Shown: in pieces, positions 1 to 13,824 of the stretch | Position numbering within the stretch: position 1 is the stretch's first letter | Layout: every line of letters begins with the position of its first letter | Source of the DNA: Octopus vulgaris | Lineage: Eukaryota | DNA length: 64,000 nucleotides | Direction: 5' to 3' | Assembly: GCA_951406725.2 (NCBI GenBank) | Contig: OX597814.1 | Coordinates: 187,488,001 to 187,552,000, forward strand | The notes under the pieces: model-generated | Database searches by the model: none | Told to the model about the DNA's origin: nothing | Seen by the model: only the letters and a program-made list of their open reading frames with translations | Program-made: the position numbers and the translations under genes

Positions 1-123
1 GTGTGGCCATGCTGGGGCACCACCTTGAAGGGCTTAAGATAAATAAACTGACCGCAGTACTTTTTTTCTAATGCCTGGTACTTATTCTATCAGTCTCTTT
101 TGCTGAACAGCTAGGTTGCAGGG
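1..123 (-). mobile_element. SINE family A, 3' part (truncated by the window edge)
   Basis: gtggccatgctggggcaccacc...tacttattctatcagtctcttttgctgaac is the reverse complement of the tail of full copies at 52213 and 55341. Confidence 0.75.
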
Positions 124-280
124 AATTCATTAGATAATATTATTATTAACAATAGCAATAAAAAATATTTTCAATGTCCCCAATTTTTCTTATTATTATT
201 TAATTAAATTCAAACTGTGCAAAAAACGAAAAATAAATAAATCACAACTTGGCACAGTTCTATATTTTTGAGATGAGGAA

Positions 281-415
281 TTATGTACATTATTTACATT
301 ATTTACATTTGACAGATATTTTTCTTAATCTTTTTGTTGTTAACACAACGTTTCAGCTGATATACCCTCCAGCCTTCATCAGGTGTCTTGGGGAGATTTC
401 AAACCTGGGTTCTCA
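281..415 (-). mobile_element. Penelope-LTR-like repeat containing a minimal hammerhead ribozyme motif (342-387)
   Basis: Minus strand: GACAC-CTGATGA-A-GGCTG(gagggtatat)CAGCT-GAAA-CG-TT-GTGTT. Same family as the arms of the 29920-30584 element. Confidence 0.65.
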
Positions 416-449
416 AAAATTTCAGGTTTTGTGCCTTTAGTAGAAATTA

Positions 450-1180
<731 letters not shown>

Positions 1181-3199
1181 AGACTGCCACTGCTGCTGCT
1201 GTCATCAGCAACAACTAAGAACATTCCTTTGTATCTGCTTGTTTTCCCACACCCCACCCCTGTACAGAAATCCTGTTAATCCTCTCACATGTTTTTATAC
1301 CTGAAGATGTAGGGGAAGGGGTAAAAATGGATTCCTCACCCAGTATATGAAGACACTGCAAGTGAGAGAGGTTCTCAATGCCTCAACCAATGGGAACGAT
1401 TACTTTTGTCTAGACCAATATGCCTTTTACATCATAGTAAATGTGGTTTCAAATTTATTCCAGTATTGAAACTGGCAGTAAGCCAATGGAGCTTCATTTG
1501 CCTTGATGTTAGTTTAATACACCGTCGCCTCATTTATATCAGCAATATTCTTGAGAAAGTCATTAACATTACAATTTCTCATTTCACAAATCTCTATAAA
1601 TTTGAGATGCCCTATTTTTCTAGTCTTTTATTTTAAAATCATGCCTACTTATTGACAATATATACTTCATTTCACATTTTTAATATGAAAAGAAGTTATT
1701 TTAGCTTTATTAATAATTTCCACTGGAGGGTCCCTTTCATATTGTTTTGTTTCAATACAGAGCATGGTCTGATGGTTCTACGCTGCAGTTTTTATAGTAT
1801 CAAAGGGGAAAATATCAGTGAAGTTATATGGAAGAAGCATCTGCATTTCTGAACCCCTCCACCTACAACTTTTATCTTAGTATTGAAGGATGTTGATAAT
1901 ATTTAATTAATATGAAGCCATTGAATATGATACAGTGTAACCAGCCTATGCTAGGCTCTTGTTTGAAACTGGCTGTATCAACAATATCAGTAAGGTGATG
2001 GTAGTTACATATTTGGGTATCTTTCAACAAAATCATATTGGTCAATGTAATGTATATTTTGACTGCTGTTGACTGTAGTCAACTATGCACAAATGATCAT
2101 CTGACCTGCAGCTTAAATGTGTATCATGTAGGTAGATATAAGCAACCAGGATAAAATGTTTATTCAAATATGTTTGCTTGTCAGAGCCTGACTAACAGTA
2201 CAAAGAAAATTATTTGTCATATTATTCAGTGAGCAATTTGCTGTTTTACAGAAGTTTTAAATTGAAACCTGTGCCTGATAATATCACTATACCTGAATGC
2301 TTTTACAGATAATGTACAAAACTCCCATTCATACACAAATGCAAACATGCATATATGCATACACATGCACACTAGGATATTCTCTTAGGAAACTGATGTA
2401 ATAAGTGAATTGGTCTCTTAATTAAATATAATAGAAGACTGTTATGCATGGTTTATTGCTGAGCAAATAGACAGCAGAGACACGGTGATAGAATGTTTTA
2501 ATCATTTTAGATTCTTCAGATCGTTTTGAATGTGTTGTTAAGCTACTGGATAGGCAATGTTTTTATATTCTTTACTTATAAAGAGCATAATCAATATTTG
2601 AAATTATATTATTTTATAAAGGACGTCGTTGTTGCTAAATGATAATAAAAGATAAAATATTTGGATATTTTCAAATTTTATTGTAGCTAATTGAAATAAC
2701 AACTAAAGGCATAATCTAATTATAAAAACTACTTAAGTTTGCATGATGTTGGAGTAAGAGTTTTTCAGCATTTAGTTTTTCCCTTCCTACAGTTAGCTAT
2801 TTAACTGTGGAAAGTATGAATGGCAGCTATTTAGTTAAGTAGACAAAGGCAGAAACAACAATACAGGCTGCCTAGGACAGAATATATTAGCTGTACTGGT
2901 AGTAGCCAATAGGTGACAACAGTAACCTCATGATCACAAGTCCACTGATTTTGTTACATAAGTAATAGCAGGAGATGCTTATCAGAGACACAAAACTAAG
3001 TCAACAGAATATTATAATTCATGGAGCTTCTCTGTATAACAGTCATATGGGATACAGGATAAGGAAACTGTAACAGAATGGAGTTCTGATGTAACAATAC
3101 ATAAAAAAAGGGGACTGAATTAAAATAGATGATTGAATGGTAGTTGAAATAGGGGTGAGGTTGATGCTTTGTAAACCTTTGGGTCGGCAGTATCTTTCT

Positions 3200-3664
3200 T
3201 CTTTTACATGTTTCAGTCATTGAACTGCAGCCATGCTGGGGCACTGCCTTGAAGGGTTTTAGTTGAATGAATTGACCCCAATACTTATTTACTTTTTTAA
3301 AGCTTTGAACTTATTTTATTGGTTTCTTATATTCTTTTCTACACTAGGCACAAAGCCCGAAATTATGGGGGAGGGGGGCAGTCAATTAGATCTACCCTAG
3401 TAAGCAACTGCTACTTAATTTATCAACCTTAAAGGATGAACAGCAAAGTCAAGCTCGGCAGAATTTGAACTCAGAACATAAAGCCAGATGAAATACCGCT
3501 AAGCATTTCGCTTAGCATGCTAACAATTCTGCCAGCTTGTCGCCCTATTGGTTACTTATATTGAACTGCTAAGTCATAGGGATGTAAACAAACCAACACT
3601 AGTTGTCAAGCGGTAGCAGAGAACAAATGCAAATAAACACACACACACACACATATATGCACAT

Positions 3665-3709
<45 letters not shown>

Positions 3710-3860
3710 CACACAGAAGGCATCTTTCAGTTTCCATCTACCAAATCCATTCACTTTGGTTGACCTGGGGCTATAGTAGAAAACTCTGGCTCAAGGTTCT
3801 ACACAGGAGGACAGAACCCAGAATCACGTGGTTGAGAAACAAAAACTTCTAACTACACGA
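3200..3860 (-). mobile_element. SINE family A copy interrupted by a younger family B SINE (3334-3545)
   Basis: A-family tail and head flank a B copy bounded by a 17-bp TSD tattggtt(t/a)cttatatt at 3317-3333 and 3546-3562; internal (CA)n. Confidence 0.85.
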
Positions 3861-4221
3861 CAATCTTCAGTGTTCCTAGTGGAAGGTGGTTTGGCAAGTA
3901 TAATTCCAAGTTAATGACCTGGTGTCCAAAATACACCAGGTTAGATCAAGAAAATTCAGCTACTGGTACTATGTAACCCAGTACCACCTGTTTCATGGTT
4001 GGGTGATTGATGACTAAACCAGCTACCCCACCTGGCTTGCCAAGTGAGGAGGGTGTTTTGGACACTCTACAGGACTAAAACCAAAACTTATCAAAGGGTG
4101 GATGAGTTCAATGTGAGCCAACAGCCATCCACATAAGTAGTGCCTCATAAAAACACCATGTACATGGGCTGGCAAAGTGTAGAGCAAAGAAAAAGACCAA
4201 AATACAAGTTAGTAATATATG

Positions 4222-4482
4222 TGCATGGCTTAGTGGTTAGGGTATTTGGCTCACGACCGTAAGGTCTTTAGTTCAATTCTTGGTAACACATTGTGTCCTT
4301 GAGCAAGACACTTTATTTCATGTTGCTCCAATCCACTCAGCTGATAAAAATGAGTAGTACCCGTATTTCAAAGGTACACGAGTCTATGGAGTGCTTAGCC
4401 ACTCGCACATTAATTTCATGAGCAGGCTGTTCTGTTGATCGAATCGACTGGAACCCTCATTGTTGTAACCGATGGAGCACCT
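4222..4482 (+). mobile_element. tRNA-derived SINE (family E-related)
   Basis: A box tggcttagtgg, B box gttcaattc, and core gtgtccttgagcaagacactttatttca shared with 54554-54890 and ~48755-48900. Confidence 0.75.
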
Positions 4483-4592
4483 TTTTTTAAAAAAATTTTT
4501 ATAGTGCTTGTCAAAACTTGCAACAGTGAATTATGCACAGTATCTATTTATGATTCAAGGAAGAGATCATTTATCAGTTACAAACATAAGCA

Positions 4593-5010
4593 CAGATGTG
4601 GCTGTATGGTACAAAGTTTGCTTCTCAAACACGTGGTTCCAGGTTCAGTCTCACTGGTCCTTGGGCAGGTATTTTCTGCTATATCCCAACCAAAGCCTTG
4701 TGAGTGGATTTGGTTGGCGGAAACTTAAAGAAAGCCATGTGTGTGTGCGCGCATGCATACATATATCTGCATGTGACCTTGTCTGTTGTAAATGAGTGTC
4801 ACTGTTGTACAAGCAGTGTCGTTCATTTCCCATATTCTAAGAGAACATGTCTGGCCATGGAGGAATACTACCTTAAACTCTGGAACAGTTAAAGGCTGAT
4901 GACAGGAAGGGCATTCAGCTGTAGAAAAAAATCTGCCTTTGATACTACATTCCATCCAACCCATTCAAACAAAAATGGACAGTAAATAGTGGTAGGGGTG
5001 ATGATGATGA
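4593..5010 (+). mobile_element. Composite SINE: family A head/core with a family C-type tail
   Basis: tggctgtatggt...ccttgggcaggt head, then aggaagggcattcagctgtagaaa...ccaacccat...gatgatgatg tail. Confidence 0.65.
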
Positions 5011-5789
5011 TTGTTTTTACTGGTGATAATTCATAACTCCAGAGATGGGATATAAAACACTGACCCTTTTGGGTAGTAGGTTGCACATCCTATCAAATCA
5101 GCCAGCTGTAACACTTAAAACCATGAGACGGACAAGGAAATCTTGGGAACAAATGCCTAAGGATGATCTCAGATAGCTAGAACTAAGAGAATAACAGAAG
5201 AATTAAGAACAGAAAGATGGATATTAGAAAGAACAATGTTGGTGGTGTTTGCACTAAGTAAAATAATATCTTTGTTTTCTTTTATATCAAACAGTTCTTT
5301 TCATGTTAACTGAGACAGTGGAGAACTAGCATAGATGATTAAGATTATTTAATTCGGTGATTCATTTGTGAGCTCATATCTTGTTCAGACTGACTTTGTT
5401 TCCAGCTGAGAAAATAAATGAAAGATAATAGGTCATTTTTATAATCTAAACCATGCCCACAGAACTGGTCTTAAGGACTTAGTAGTGATCACTACACAGA
5501 CAAAAAGTGTTACACTATATAGAACACCATGTTATAATAATCACATTTTCATAACAGTATTATATTTTACAAAGTAAAAGAGTTAGAAACAATATCAGCA
5601 ACAGTAAGCCTAAATTTTTTTTTTTTATTTCAGTTAATATTATTGCATTATTTTTCAGCAATATTGGGGAAGGTCCAATATTATTTTTTTTGTCTAAATT
5701 CATTTTTAATCACAAAATAAATATTTTTTAAAAAAAACTAACACACAAACAGTAGTTCACAGCCTTGCTCCCCAGTTTTATAGGAAGTA

Positions 5790-6235
5790 TCAGAAAGTCA
5801 CACAGCCTATCATCTTTTTTTCAAAATTCCAGTTACTTATGTACAAATCTGAAGCTTTATAACTTAGGAGAAATGTGGTGGTGGATTGGGGGTGGACTTT
5901 CATCAACACAAGTAGCAACAGTGACAATTTCATAGGAAACCACAGACCCACAAGACAAGAAACAAATGGCAAGCAGTTTTCATTGGAGACTTACATGTTA
6001 GACAATTGAAAAAGTTTGTTAATGGTGAAGGTGGCAACAATGCTTTTACTAAATTTCTCCTTAGTTCACTGGCGGGTGACAGAGGAGGGTATATCACCAG
6101 AGAATCTGATTTATGGAAACCATACTGGTGGTCATTTAGGAGAGAGATATTCAAGATGTTGGTATTGGTGGTTGTTAATGGCTGTCCTCATTACCTTAGA
6201 GATAACAGAAATGAGTATAATAGAAAAACAGTTGA
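5790..6235 (-). mobile_element. Decayed LINE reverse-transcriptase fragment (CR1/L2/Jockey-type)
   Basis: Translation LLNDHQYGFHK matches the RT motif LLSDHQYGFR; the downstream frames are disrupted. Confidence 0.7.
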
Positions 6236-6247
6236 CAGGGTCAGAGA

Positions 6248-6600
6248 GGTTTAACATCTACTTTCCATACTGGCACAAGTTGAATGGTTTGACAGGAGCT
6301 GGCAAGACCAGGAGCCACACCAGGTTCCAATGCCTGTTTTGGCATGGTTTCTATGGCTGGATGCCCTCCCTGATGCCAATCATTTTACAGAGTGTACTGG
6401 GTGCTTTTTACATGGCATTTGCACTGACGGGATCACCAAGTACTGTGCAAGATAAAAAAAAAAAACCTCCGACTGAGAGTGGGCAGTAGTATTGAGGAGG
6501 ATGTGGCTTTGTGGCAGTTGAGAGATTTCAGGTATAGAAGTGACAGATATAGGTGTCTTACTGTAGAGTAGATACATGGATAACCCAGTTGGAAAACAAA
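6248..6600 (-). mobile_element. SINE family C (older subfamily)
   Basis: tttaacatctactttccatactggcac...ctatggctggatgccc...gagtgtactgggtgctttt; similar copies at ~40700 and 43605. Confidence 0.75.
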
Positions 6601-7142
6601 TGAGGGTGAGTCAGAGAGTAAGATAAAGAGAGAGAGATAGTGGCAAAGATGGCAAAGATGTATCAGAACATGCCCTCAAAGGACATTGGAGCTGGTGAGA
6701 CATAGAGGCTTAGGTTGGGTGAGTAGACTGGATTGAGGTGACTGTAACAAATGATGGAGAGAAATATAGGAGAGCCTTGGGGGCAGGGTTTGCAGAAGAT
6801 ATGTGAGGGCATTGAGAGTGATAGCAGGTAAACGAGGAGTTGATGATGAAGAACAGTATGAGAAGAGAGAGAAGGGAGAGAAAGGTGATTAGTTGAAATT
6901 GTAGACAGGGAAGACAATGGGAAACAGAAGTAGTTCAAAGTGGGGGGAAGAAAGGTAACAGAGAAAGCTGAGGTGGAGGGATGTAGTATGTGACTATTCA
7001 GCTCTCAGGTGATAGAGCAGTGATGGTCATTAGGGGATGAAATGTGGTGGTGGGGGGGGGGGAAGGTTGACAGAGCTGAGAGGATGGAGTGGTAGTAAAA
7101 TAGAGCCCCTCACACAAGCATTACCAAGGTGGTTTTAGGATA

Positions 7143-7410
7143 TCAATTCTGCTGTGGTGGACAGCAAGGTACCAGATATCTCATTCCTTTATAAGGCTCA
7201 GCATCTTGAGATTGGTCTTCATCCCATGTCTTCGTGGGTCTCCTTCTTCCACAACTTCCATCCACTTGAAGTGAATGGCATTTCTTTACGCAACTGTCCT
7301 CACCTATATGTATCACATGACCAAACCAGCACAGTCTTGTGTGCTGCACCTAATTCCTCTTAAGCCTAACTTTTTCTCCCAAATACACTAGCACTCTATC
7401 ACTCTTGTAC
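7143..7410 (-). mobile_element. RTE-clade LINE 3' fragment
   Basis: Translation RLCWFGHVIHIGEDSCVKKCHSLQVDGSCGRRRPTKTW matches the RTE C-terminal RLRWFGHV...GRPRKTW motif. Confidence 0.85.
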
Positions 7411-7429
7411 ACTGACACTACACACCCAG

Positions 7430-7770
7430 TTGGTTGCAAAACAGGCAGTGAAGGTAGAAGCTTTCTCTGTGGGAGTGCTGCTGCTAGAGAAGTAGAGAAG
7501 TAGAGAGAAAGAGGATTCTGCAAAGTTGGTGAAAAACTTTTTGGCAAGGGATTTAAAAGGATCAACTGTAACCTGGAAGACAGGATTAACATGAGAGTTG
7601 TATGATACACAAAGTCATCTTTTGCAGTTAGAAGAGTGGTCTCATAGATGTTGCATTGCTGAGTAAATGCCATCAATACGAATATACATATTTTGGTTGA
7701 TTGAAACCAGTATGAGCAACTACTGACAGTTTCCTCAAGTAACAATAACATGCAATTCTTCAAGTCGCCA
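7430..7770 (-). mobile_element. Decayed LINE fragment upstream of the RT domain, probably the same element as 5790-6235
   Basis: Frameshifted reading resembling LAKS..NFAESSF...TPTEKASTF, the pre-RT segment of this LINE group; same strand and expected order. Confidence 0.45.
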
Positions 7771-8477
7771 TTTGAGAAATTAATTCAGAATTTTTTTTAC
7801 TAAAAAAACTTTATGTCAATAAAACAGTCTGAAAAATGCTGTGTGTGTGTGTGTGCACGGCGCACACTGCATAAACACACACACACATGCACACACACAA
7901 AATTAAACTAATACTCCAACATATTGATTACTTTTTCTTTTGTTTATTACTACCATTGTACATGTACCTGCATGGATATATATATATATATATATATATA
8001 AATAGTAATGCAATACGAGAGTATTGCTTTCCAGTAAAGAATAGTCAAAAATAAAGGTATCAAATAGTACCAGCACCAACATTGGGGGTTTAGTCAGAGC
8101 TAAAGCAAAACCAAGTTTGAATAAACCACAGACCTGGTGAAACCTCGAAGTCCTTCACTGTCAATGAAATTATACTACACACAAACATTTTACACACACA
8201 AGCACAAGCAGTTACATGAAGTAGTCTGGCTATTATAACAAACAACTCTGGTCTATGCATGTCACACTATCCTCTCATACATATATCTAAGCAACAACTT
8301 ATTCTATCTCTCATATCTCCATGTACCCTGAGGAAGGGGTTATAACCCCCCAACATATTGAAATATGAGGTAAAACATCAACTATTTCTTTTCACTCTTA
8401 TATTTCACTTTGCATGTTTCAGCCTTATAAAAAGGTTTTTATCTACTATGCGCACATGCACGCACACACACACAGCA

Positions 8478-8795
8478 TGTCGTCGTCGTCGTCCATCGTT
8501 GTTTAACGTCCGCTTTCCATGCTAACATGGGTTGGACGATTGACTGAGGGCTGTCGAACCAGATGGCTGCACCAGGCTTCAGGTAGAGTTTCTACAGCTG
8601 GATGCCCTTTCTAACGCCAATCACTCCAAGAGTGTAGTGGGTGCTTTTATATGCCACCGGCACGGGGCCAGTCAGGTGGTACTGGCAACAACCTCGCTCG
8701 AATCTTTTACAAATGCCACCGGCACAGGTGCCAGTAAGGCGATGCTGGTAACGAACACGCTCGAGTGGTGTCTTTTACGTGCCACCAGCACGGAG
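8478..8795 (-). mobile_element. SINE family C
   Basis: gtttaacgtccgctttccatgctaacatgggttggacg...tctacagctggatgccct...gagtgtagtgggtgctttt with internal gccaccggcac repeats. Confidence 0.85.
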
Positions 8796-10027
8796 AGTCA
8801 TTAGGTTGTTAGAAAGAATGCATTGCAGTATTTTTTCAGCTCTCTGCATTCAGAGTTCAAATCCCACTAAGATAGCTTTACCTTTCATTCTTCTAGGCTT
8901 TCAATAAATAAATTACCAGCCGAGAATAACGGAGTAGCTGAATTCTTAGCGCCATAGGACAGAATGCTTTGTGGTGTGTGTCTTCTAGTTTCATGCATTC
9001 TTGTGTTCAAATCTCTGTCACTGAAAAGAAGCTATCAGCTTCACTATCATTCCGTGTACCAGTACACCAGCTGGCAGAAGAGAGAATGCAAGGAGACTTT
9101 TAAGCCCCTCAGTAATATCTCCTTACATATATATATACACACATATGCATACCTTCACCCACCCCACACTCACATAGGGAAAAATGCATGCGCGCGCACA
9201 CACATATATACACAGAGAAATCCATTATAGAGTGATTAAATTATTCTACATTACCAATGTGATTTAGTCTGATTCAAAAGCAAATAGAACAACTAAAATT
9301 AAACAAAGTAAATCAATACAAAATTCTGATTACATTTCAGTGACATATTCTCTTAGCACTCCATCATATCTGGGATATTGTTCTAATTTCAAAGCAACAA
9401 TGGCAGAGGAGGAAGCAAAATCAAAATTGAAAGCATTCTGGTTCAATGAATGAATGAATATGAAGAAGAAATTAATTGCTATGGCTGAAAAGAACTTGCA
9501 GAGCAGAAGTAACAAAGCAGTTATTAGCCAAGGTGTTTGAATATTTGCTCAGAGAGTATTAAATAAAAAAAAAAAATGGTTTACAAGCAGCTGTGGTGGA
9601 TAGCTGTTAGCCAACAGGCGGAGATAGGGAGAAAAATTGAAGAGAGTGAGAAAGATAGAGATATTGGAGAATGTGTATGTGAAAGAGAGGGGGGAGGGGA
9701 AGAAAGGGGAGGAGTTAGAACAGGGGGAGGAGTGAGAGAGTGTGACTAAAGAGGGAGTCTTGAGAGCTAAGAGGGTGAGCTATAGAGCTGAGTCAAAAAT
9801 GTTTTATACAAACTCTCTACCCAAGATTCAGCGAGGACGATGGGGTGGGGAAGTTCTATATATCAAGATATACGCTGGTGGTACAAGTTAAGAAACAAGG
9901 AGAGGGGTAAAAAAGAAAAACTTAAAAACAAAGAAAGGATCAATATGGGTGGTAACGAAAAAGAAAGAGAGAGAGAGAGAGAGAGAAAGGGAGTCAAGAA
10001 TATTAAAGATAAGACTGTAGCAGATAA

Positions 10028-10256
10028 ATAATAATAATGATAATAATAATAACAATAATAATAATAATAATAATAATGATAATAATAATAATGATAATAA
10101 TAATGATAATAATAATAATAATAATATTAATAAAAATAATAATAATAATAATAAAAAATAATGATAATGATAATAATAACAATAATAATAATAATAATGA
10201 TAATAATAATAATGATAATAATAATAATGATAATAATAATAATGATAATAATAATA
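10028..10256. repeat. Compound (AAT/GAT/AAC)n microsatellite
   Basis: Seen directly; source of the poly-I and poly-N ORFs. Confidence 0.95.
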
Positions 10257-11404
10257 AAAGAGTCAATGTATAAGGTTAGGTGGGCAAGGAGTGAGGGAAA
10301 TGTCAGGAAAGGAAGTGAAGAGTGATGAGGAATAAGGAAGAGGCTACAGTAGAGATGAAAGAAGAGGGAGATGAATGCAGGGGTGGAAGAGAACCTGAAA
10401 CAGAATAAAAATATGTGGGAGGAGGGGTGGTTGTCAGAGACTGAGAAAGAAAAGGATAGGGAAAGGAGGAAAGAGAGTAAGAGGGAGTGTGTGATAGAGA
10501 TGGAAGAGAGAGGGAGAGGGAATAGAGAGAGCCACGGCAGAAAGAATGAGGCCAAATGTATGTCAAGTTAAGACAGACTAGAAAGTAAATAAATACAAAT
10601 AAGAAGAGAAAGAGTGGTCGGGTGAGAAGGGGGGAAAACTGAGAAAAAACTAATACACAATAGAAGTAATTTTGTTGTCTGTCCCAGGGTAGGGAGTGAG
10701 AGACAGACAGACAGACAGAGTGAGAAGGAGGTGCAAAGAGGGGAAGGAAAAAAGCTGAGTTATTTACAGTTCTTATCTGTTTCCAGTTAAAAACAAAAAA
10801 AAAAATATTGAAAGAACAAATACAAATACAAAGTAAAACACGAATTAAATACGAAATATTTTGTCTAATTGAACCCTTATCAAGAAGAGTAAATGAATGA
10901 GATGGGTTAATATGAAATTTTTTGCACAGAATTCTGAAAGAGGGGTGATAATTAATAATTAGAAAAAAAAAAGAAAAAAAGGACAAAGGAAACTATTTTA
11001 TAAGAAAATAAGTACAGCTAAAGATATTCACATTGAAAAAAATAAGCTTTGCTTTGATATTTTTTTTATCATTTTTTAAAATATATTTTACTTCAAAATA
11101 ACAAAAACAAAAAAAAAGTTTTTAATTTAAAAATAGAAATCACAGCACACATTTAACACCCCCCTCCTTTTTTATGGGCAATTAATTGCATAGCTTTAAA
11201 CATCAATGAAGAATTTAAAGATGAAAATTAATATATTTAATTTATATGCATATAGGGTTGTTTAATTTAACTGTGAAATTTGAGATGTCTTTCCTACAGA
11301 AGCTTTTATCCACACAGAAATGATTAATGAGTTCAGCTAAAAGTATTTCATGTTATCTCTGAAGATTAAAAGTTCATCTTTCCTTATTCAAAGTCCACAG
11401 AGAT

Positions 11405-11810
11405 ACGGAGTGGATTATATACGGGTGGTAAGACGTTTTCTTCCCAAACACAGAGTTCCAGGTTCAGTCCTACTGCATGGTACTTTGGGCAGGTGTCTTC
11501 TACTATGGCCTCAGGTTAACGAAAGTCTTGTGAGTGGATATGATAGAATGGTTAAGATGAGAAACTGAAAGAAGCCCATTGTGTGTGTGTGTGTGTGTCT
11601 TTGTGCTTGTCCCTCACCACCACTTGACAATCAGTGTTGGTTTGGTTATATTCCTGCAACTCAGCATTTCAGCAAAAGACACTGATAGAATAAGTATTAG
11701 ACTTAAGAAAAAAATAGTGGAGTTGATTCGTTCAACTAAAAATTCGTTAAGGTGGTGTTCCAGTATGGCCACAGTCTAATATCTGAAGCAAGTAAAAGAT
11801 AAAAGATAAA
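11405..11810 (+). mobile_element. SINE family A, near full length, diverged
   Basis: Head ggagtgg...gggtggtaaga, core ctttgggcaggtgtcttctactat, (GT)n linker, tail ccagtatggccacagtc...aagtaaaagataaaagataa. Confidence 0.85.
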
Positions 11811-11861
11811 GGGTGTGCATGTGTGCACGTGCGCTAACGTGCATGCATATATATATATATA

Positions 11862-12306
11862 TCTTTTCTACTATAAGCACAAAGACTAGAATTTGGTGGG
11901 GAAGGATATAGCCAATTTCATGAGCTGCAATGCTCAACTAGTCCTTATTTCATCAACTCCAAAAGGACAAAACGCAAAGTCAACCTAAGCGTAATTTGAA
12001 CTCAGAATGCAAAGACAGACAAAATGATGCTAAGCATTTTGTCCAGTGGGTTAACAATTCCTTTCTACACTAGGCACAAGGCCTAAAATCTTTGGGGAGG
12101 GAGCCAATCAATTAGATCGATCCTAGTACGCGACTGGTACTTAATTTATCAACCCTGAAAGGACGAAAGGCAAAGACGACCTCGGTAGAATTTGAACTCA
12201 GAACGAAAAGACAGATGAAATATCACTAAGCATATCACCTGGCATGCTAATGTTTCTGCCAGCTCGCCACCTTAGTGGGTTAACAATTCTGTCAGCTTCA
12301 TGCCTT
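11862..12306 (-). mobile_element. SINE family B with a second B copy (12061-12273) nested in its head
   Basis: 16-bp TSD agtgggttaacaattc at 12045-12060 and 12274-12289. Confidence 0.85.
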
Positions 12307-12334
12307 CACGCACACACACACACACACACACATT

Positions 12335-12895
12335 GCCTTGCCTTGTCTTTTCCTATCCTAATTGCTGAGGGTCAAGGACCATGGCCACAGGAACCATTTC
12401 TCCCCTATCTCTCCAGATTTCCTCTAGCTATGGTTGTGCATTCAGTCAGAAGTCTTCCAGTTCATTCTTTGAAATCATCCAGCCAATATCTTCGTGGTCA
12501 CCCCATTTTGCATTTCCCATTGGCTCTTCCCCCAAGGATGAGAGCGCTAACCTTCAAGGTCCTGTAAGCATGCCCAAAATACAGCAGCTTCCTGATAGTT
12601 GCTGAAAATTCTTTTTCTCTTCCCATTTCCTCAAGTACTGACTCATTTGTTCGATGGTCAGTCCAATTGATCATCTCAGTTCTTTTCAATAGCAGGTTCT
12701 TTCAAGTGCTTTGAGTTTGATAGTGTCATTTGCTCAGAGAGTTCCGCTTTCACATCCATACAGAGCAACAGGACAAACTATTCAATTCAATGTACTTGTT
12801 AGGAGTTCTGTAGTTCCTGATTGTACTGAGTGACATTTATGGCTGATCTCGCTGCTCTGAGCTTTTAGTTCAAGGCCTCCATCTCCTCATTATTT
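12335..12895 (-). mobile_element. RTE (BovB-like) LINE 3' fragment
   Basis: Translation INWTDHRTNESVLEEMG...IRKLLYFGH...LILGG followed by an RR.WLD motif. Confidence 0.85.
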
Positions 12896-12989
12896 GATAG
12901 CATAGACAAATATAATATACATGTGTGTGCGTGCATGCATGTGTGCATGCTTTAGTCACAGGCATGGCTGTGTAGTTAAGATGCATGCT

Positions 12990-13160
12990 TCCCAACTAAA
13001 AAATCTCTTCCTCAAACTTTTGAGTCAGGAGCCTACAATTTTACATACACCAATAGTTTGGCACTTAAAAGTTCACAATTATATAACTAACTCCCAAAAC
13101 ATGTCAGAAACAGCAAACTCCTCTGAGACATTTAAAATATACCTGGATGCATTTCTCTAA
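12990..13160 (+). mobile_element. Decayed CR1/Jockey-like LINE ORF2 C-terminus
   Basis: The ORF ends ETANSSETFKIYLDAFL*, matching the FK..LD.FL terminal motif. Confidence 0.45.
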
Positions 13161-13392
13161 AATAAATAGAGGACTTTAATAAAAAGTGAAAAAAGATATA
13201 CGTATTCAGTCCTCCAATTGGATCATAGTGTTACTTTAGTAATGTATATTATGTACTGATAATATGATACTCAGTGAAGTAGTGTAGTTATAAATTTTAT
13301 GTATTCTATGATCAAATATTTAAAAAAAACTTCCTTATAGTTTCAAAATATAAATAGCTAATAGATAAAACTGTCTTTACTCATAGATTTTT

Positions 13393-13824
13393 GGATCTTT
13401 TCGGTTTGAACGGCAGTTTTTTCTAGCGGTGTCATATGAAATTGCCATCCATAATTATGACCCTGGTATCGATCTTTTGCATTTCAATCTATTTTAAGGT
13501 CAGGGTGGGTTAGGGTTAGGGTTGGGGGTGGGGGGAAGGGTATCTTTTTTTTCTTCACAAATGTAAATAAACTCAATCTGTTTCTTAAACGGGGGACATA
13601 TTCATATGGCACAGAATGTAGTTTACCACAATGGACATCAGTGATTGGTTGAAATTGCAGAAATTGAAGAAAAAACAACAAATATCTTACAAACTATAGA
13701 ATTTTCTCAATAAAGCCAAGAGAAAAAGATGTTTTATAAACACATTCTACCAGTATACGAAGTTTAAAATTTTTTAGTTACCTAGAAATTATGTTAAAAA
13801 CTGCCATTCAAACCGAAAAGATCC
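13393..13824. mobile_element. MITE with ~29-bp TIRs and internal TTAGGG repeats
   Basis: ggatcttttcggtttgaacggcagttttt ... aaaaactgccattcaaaccgaaaagatcc (1 mismatch); flanks are ttt and aaa. Confidence 0.85.

Noticed and set aside
1295-1365. CTGAAGA plus hairpin (and CTGAGGA plus ggggttataacccc at ~8328) as further hammerheads
   Set aside because: The GAAA box or helix I cannot be placed convincingly; at most very decayed PLE LTR remnants.
10003-10986. Several long overlapping ORFs (up to 227 aa)
   Set aside because: Products of the AAT microsatellite and purine-rich low-complexity sequence.
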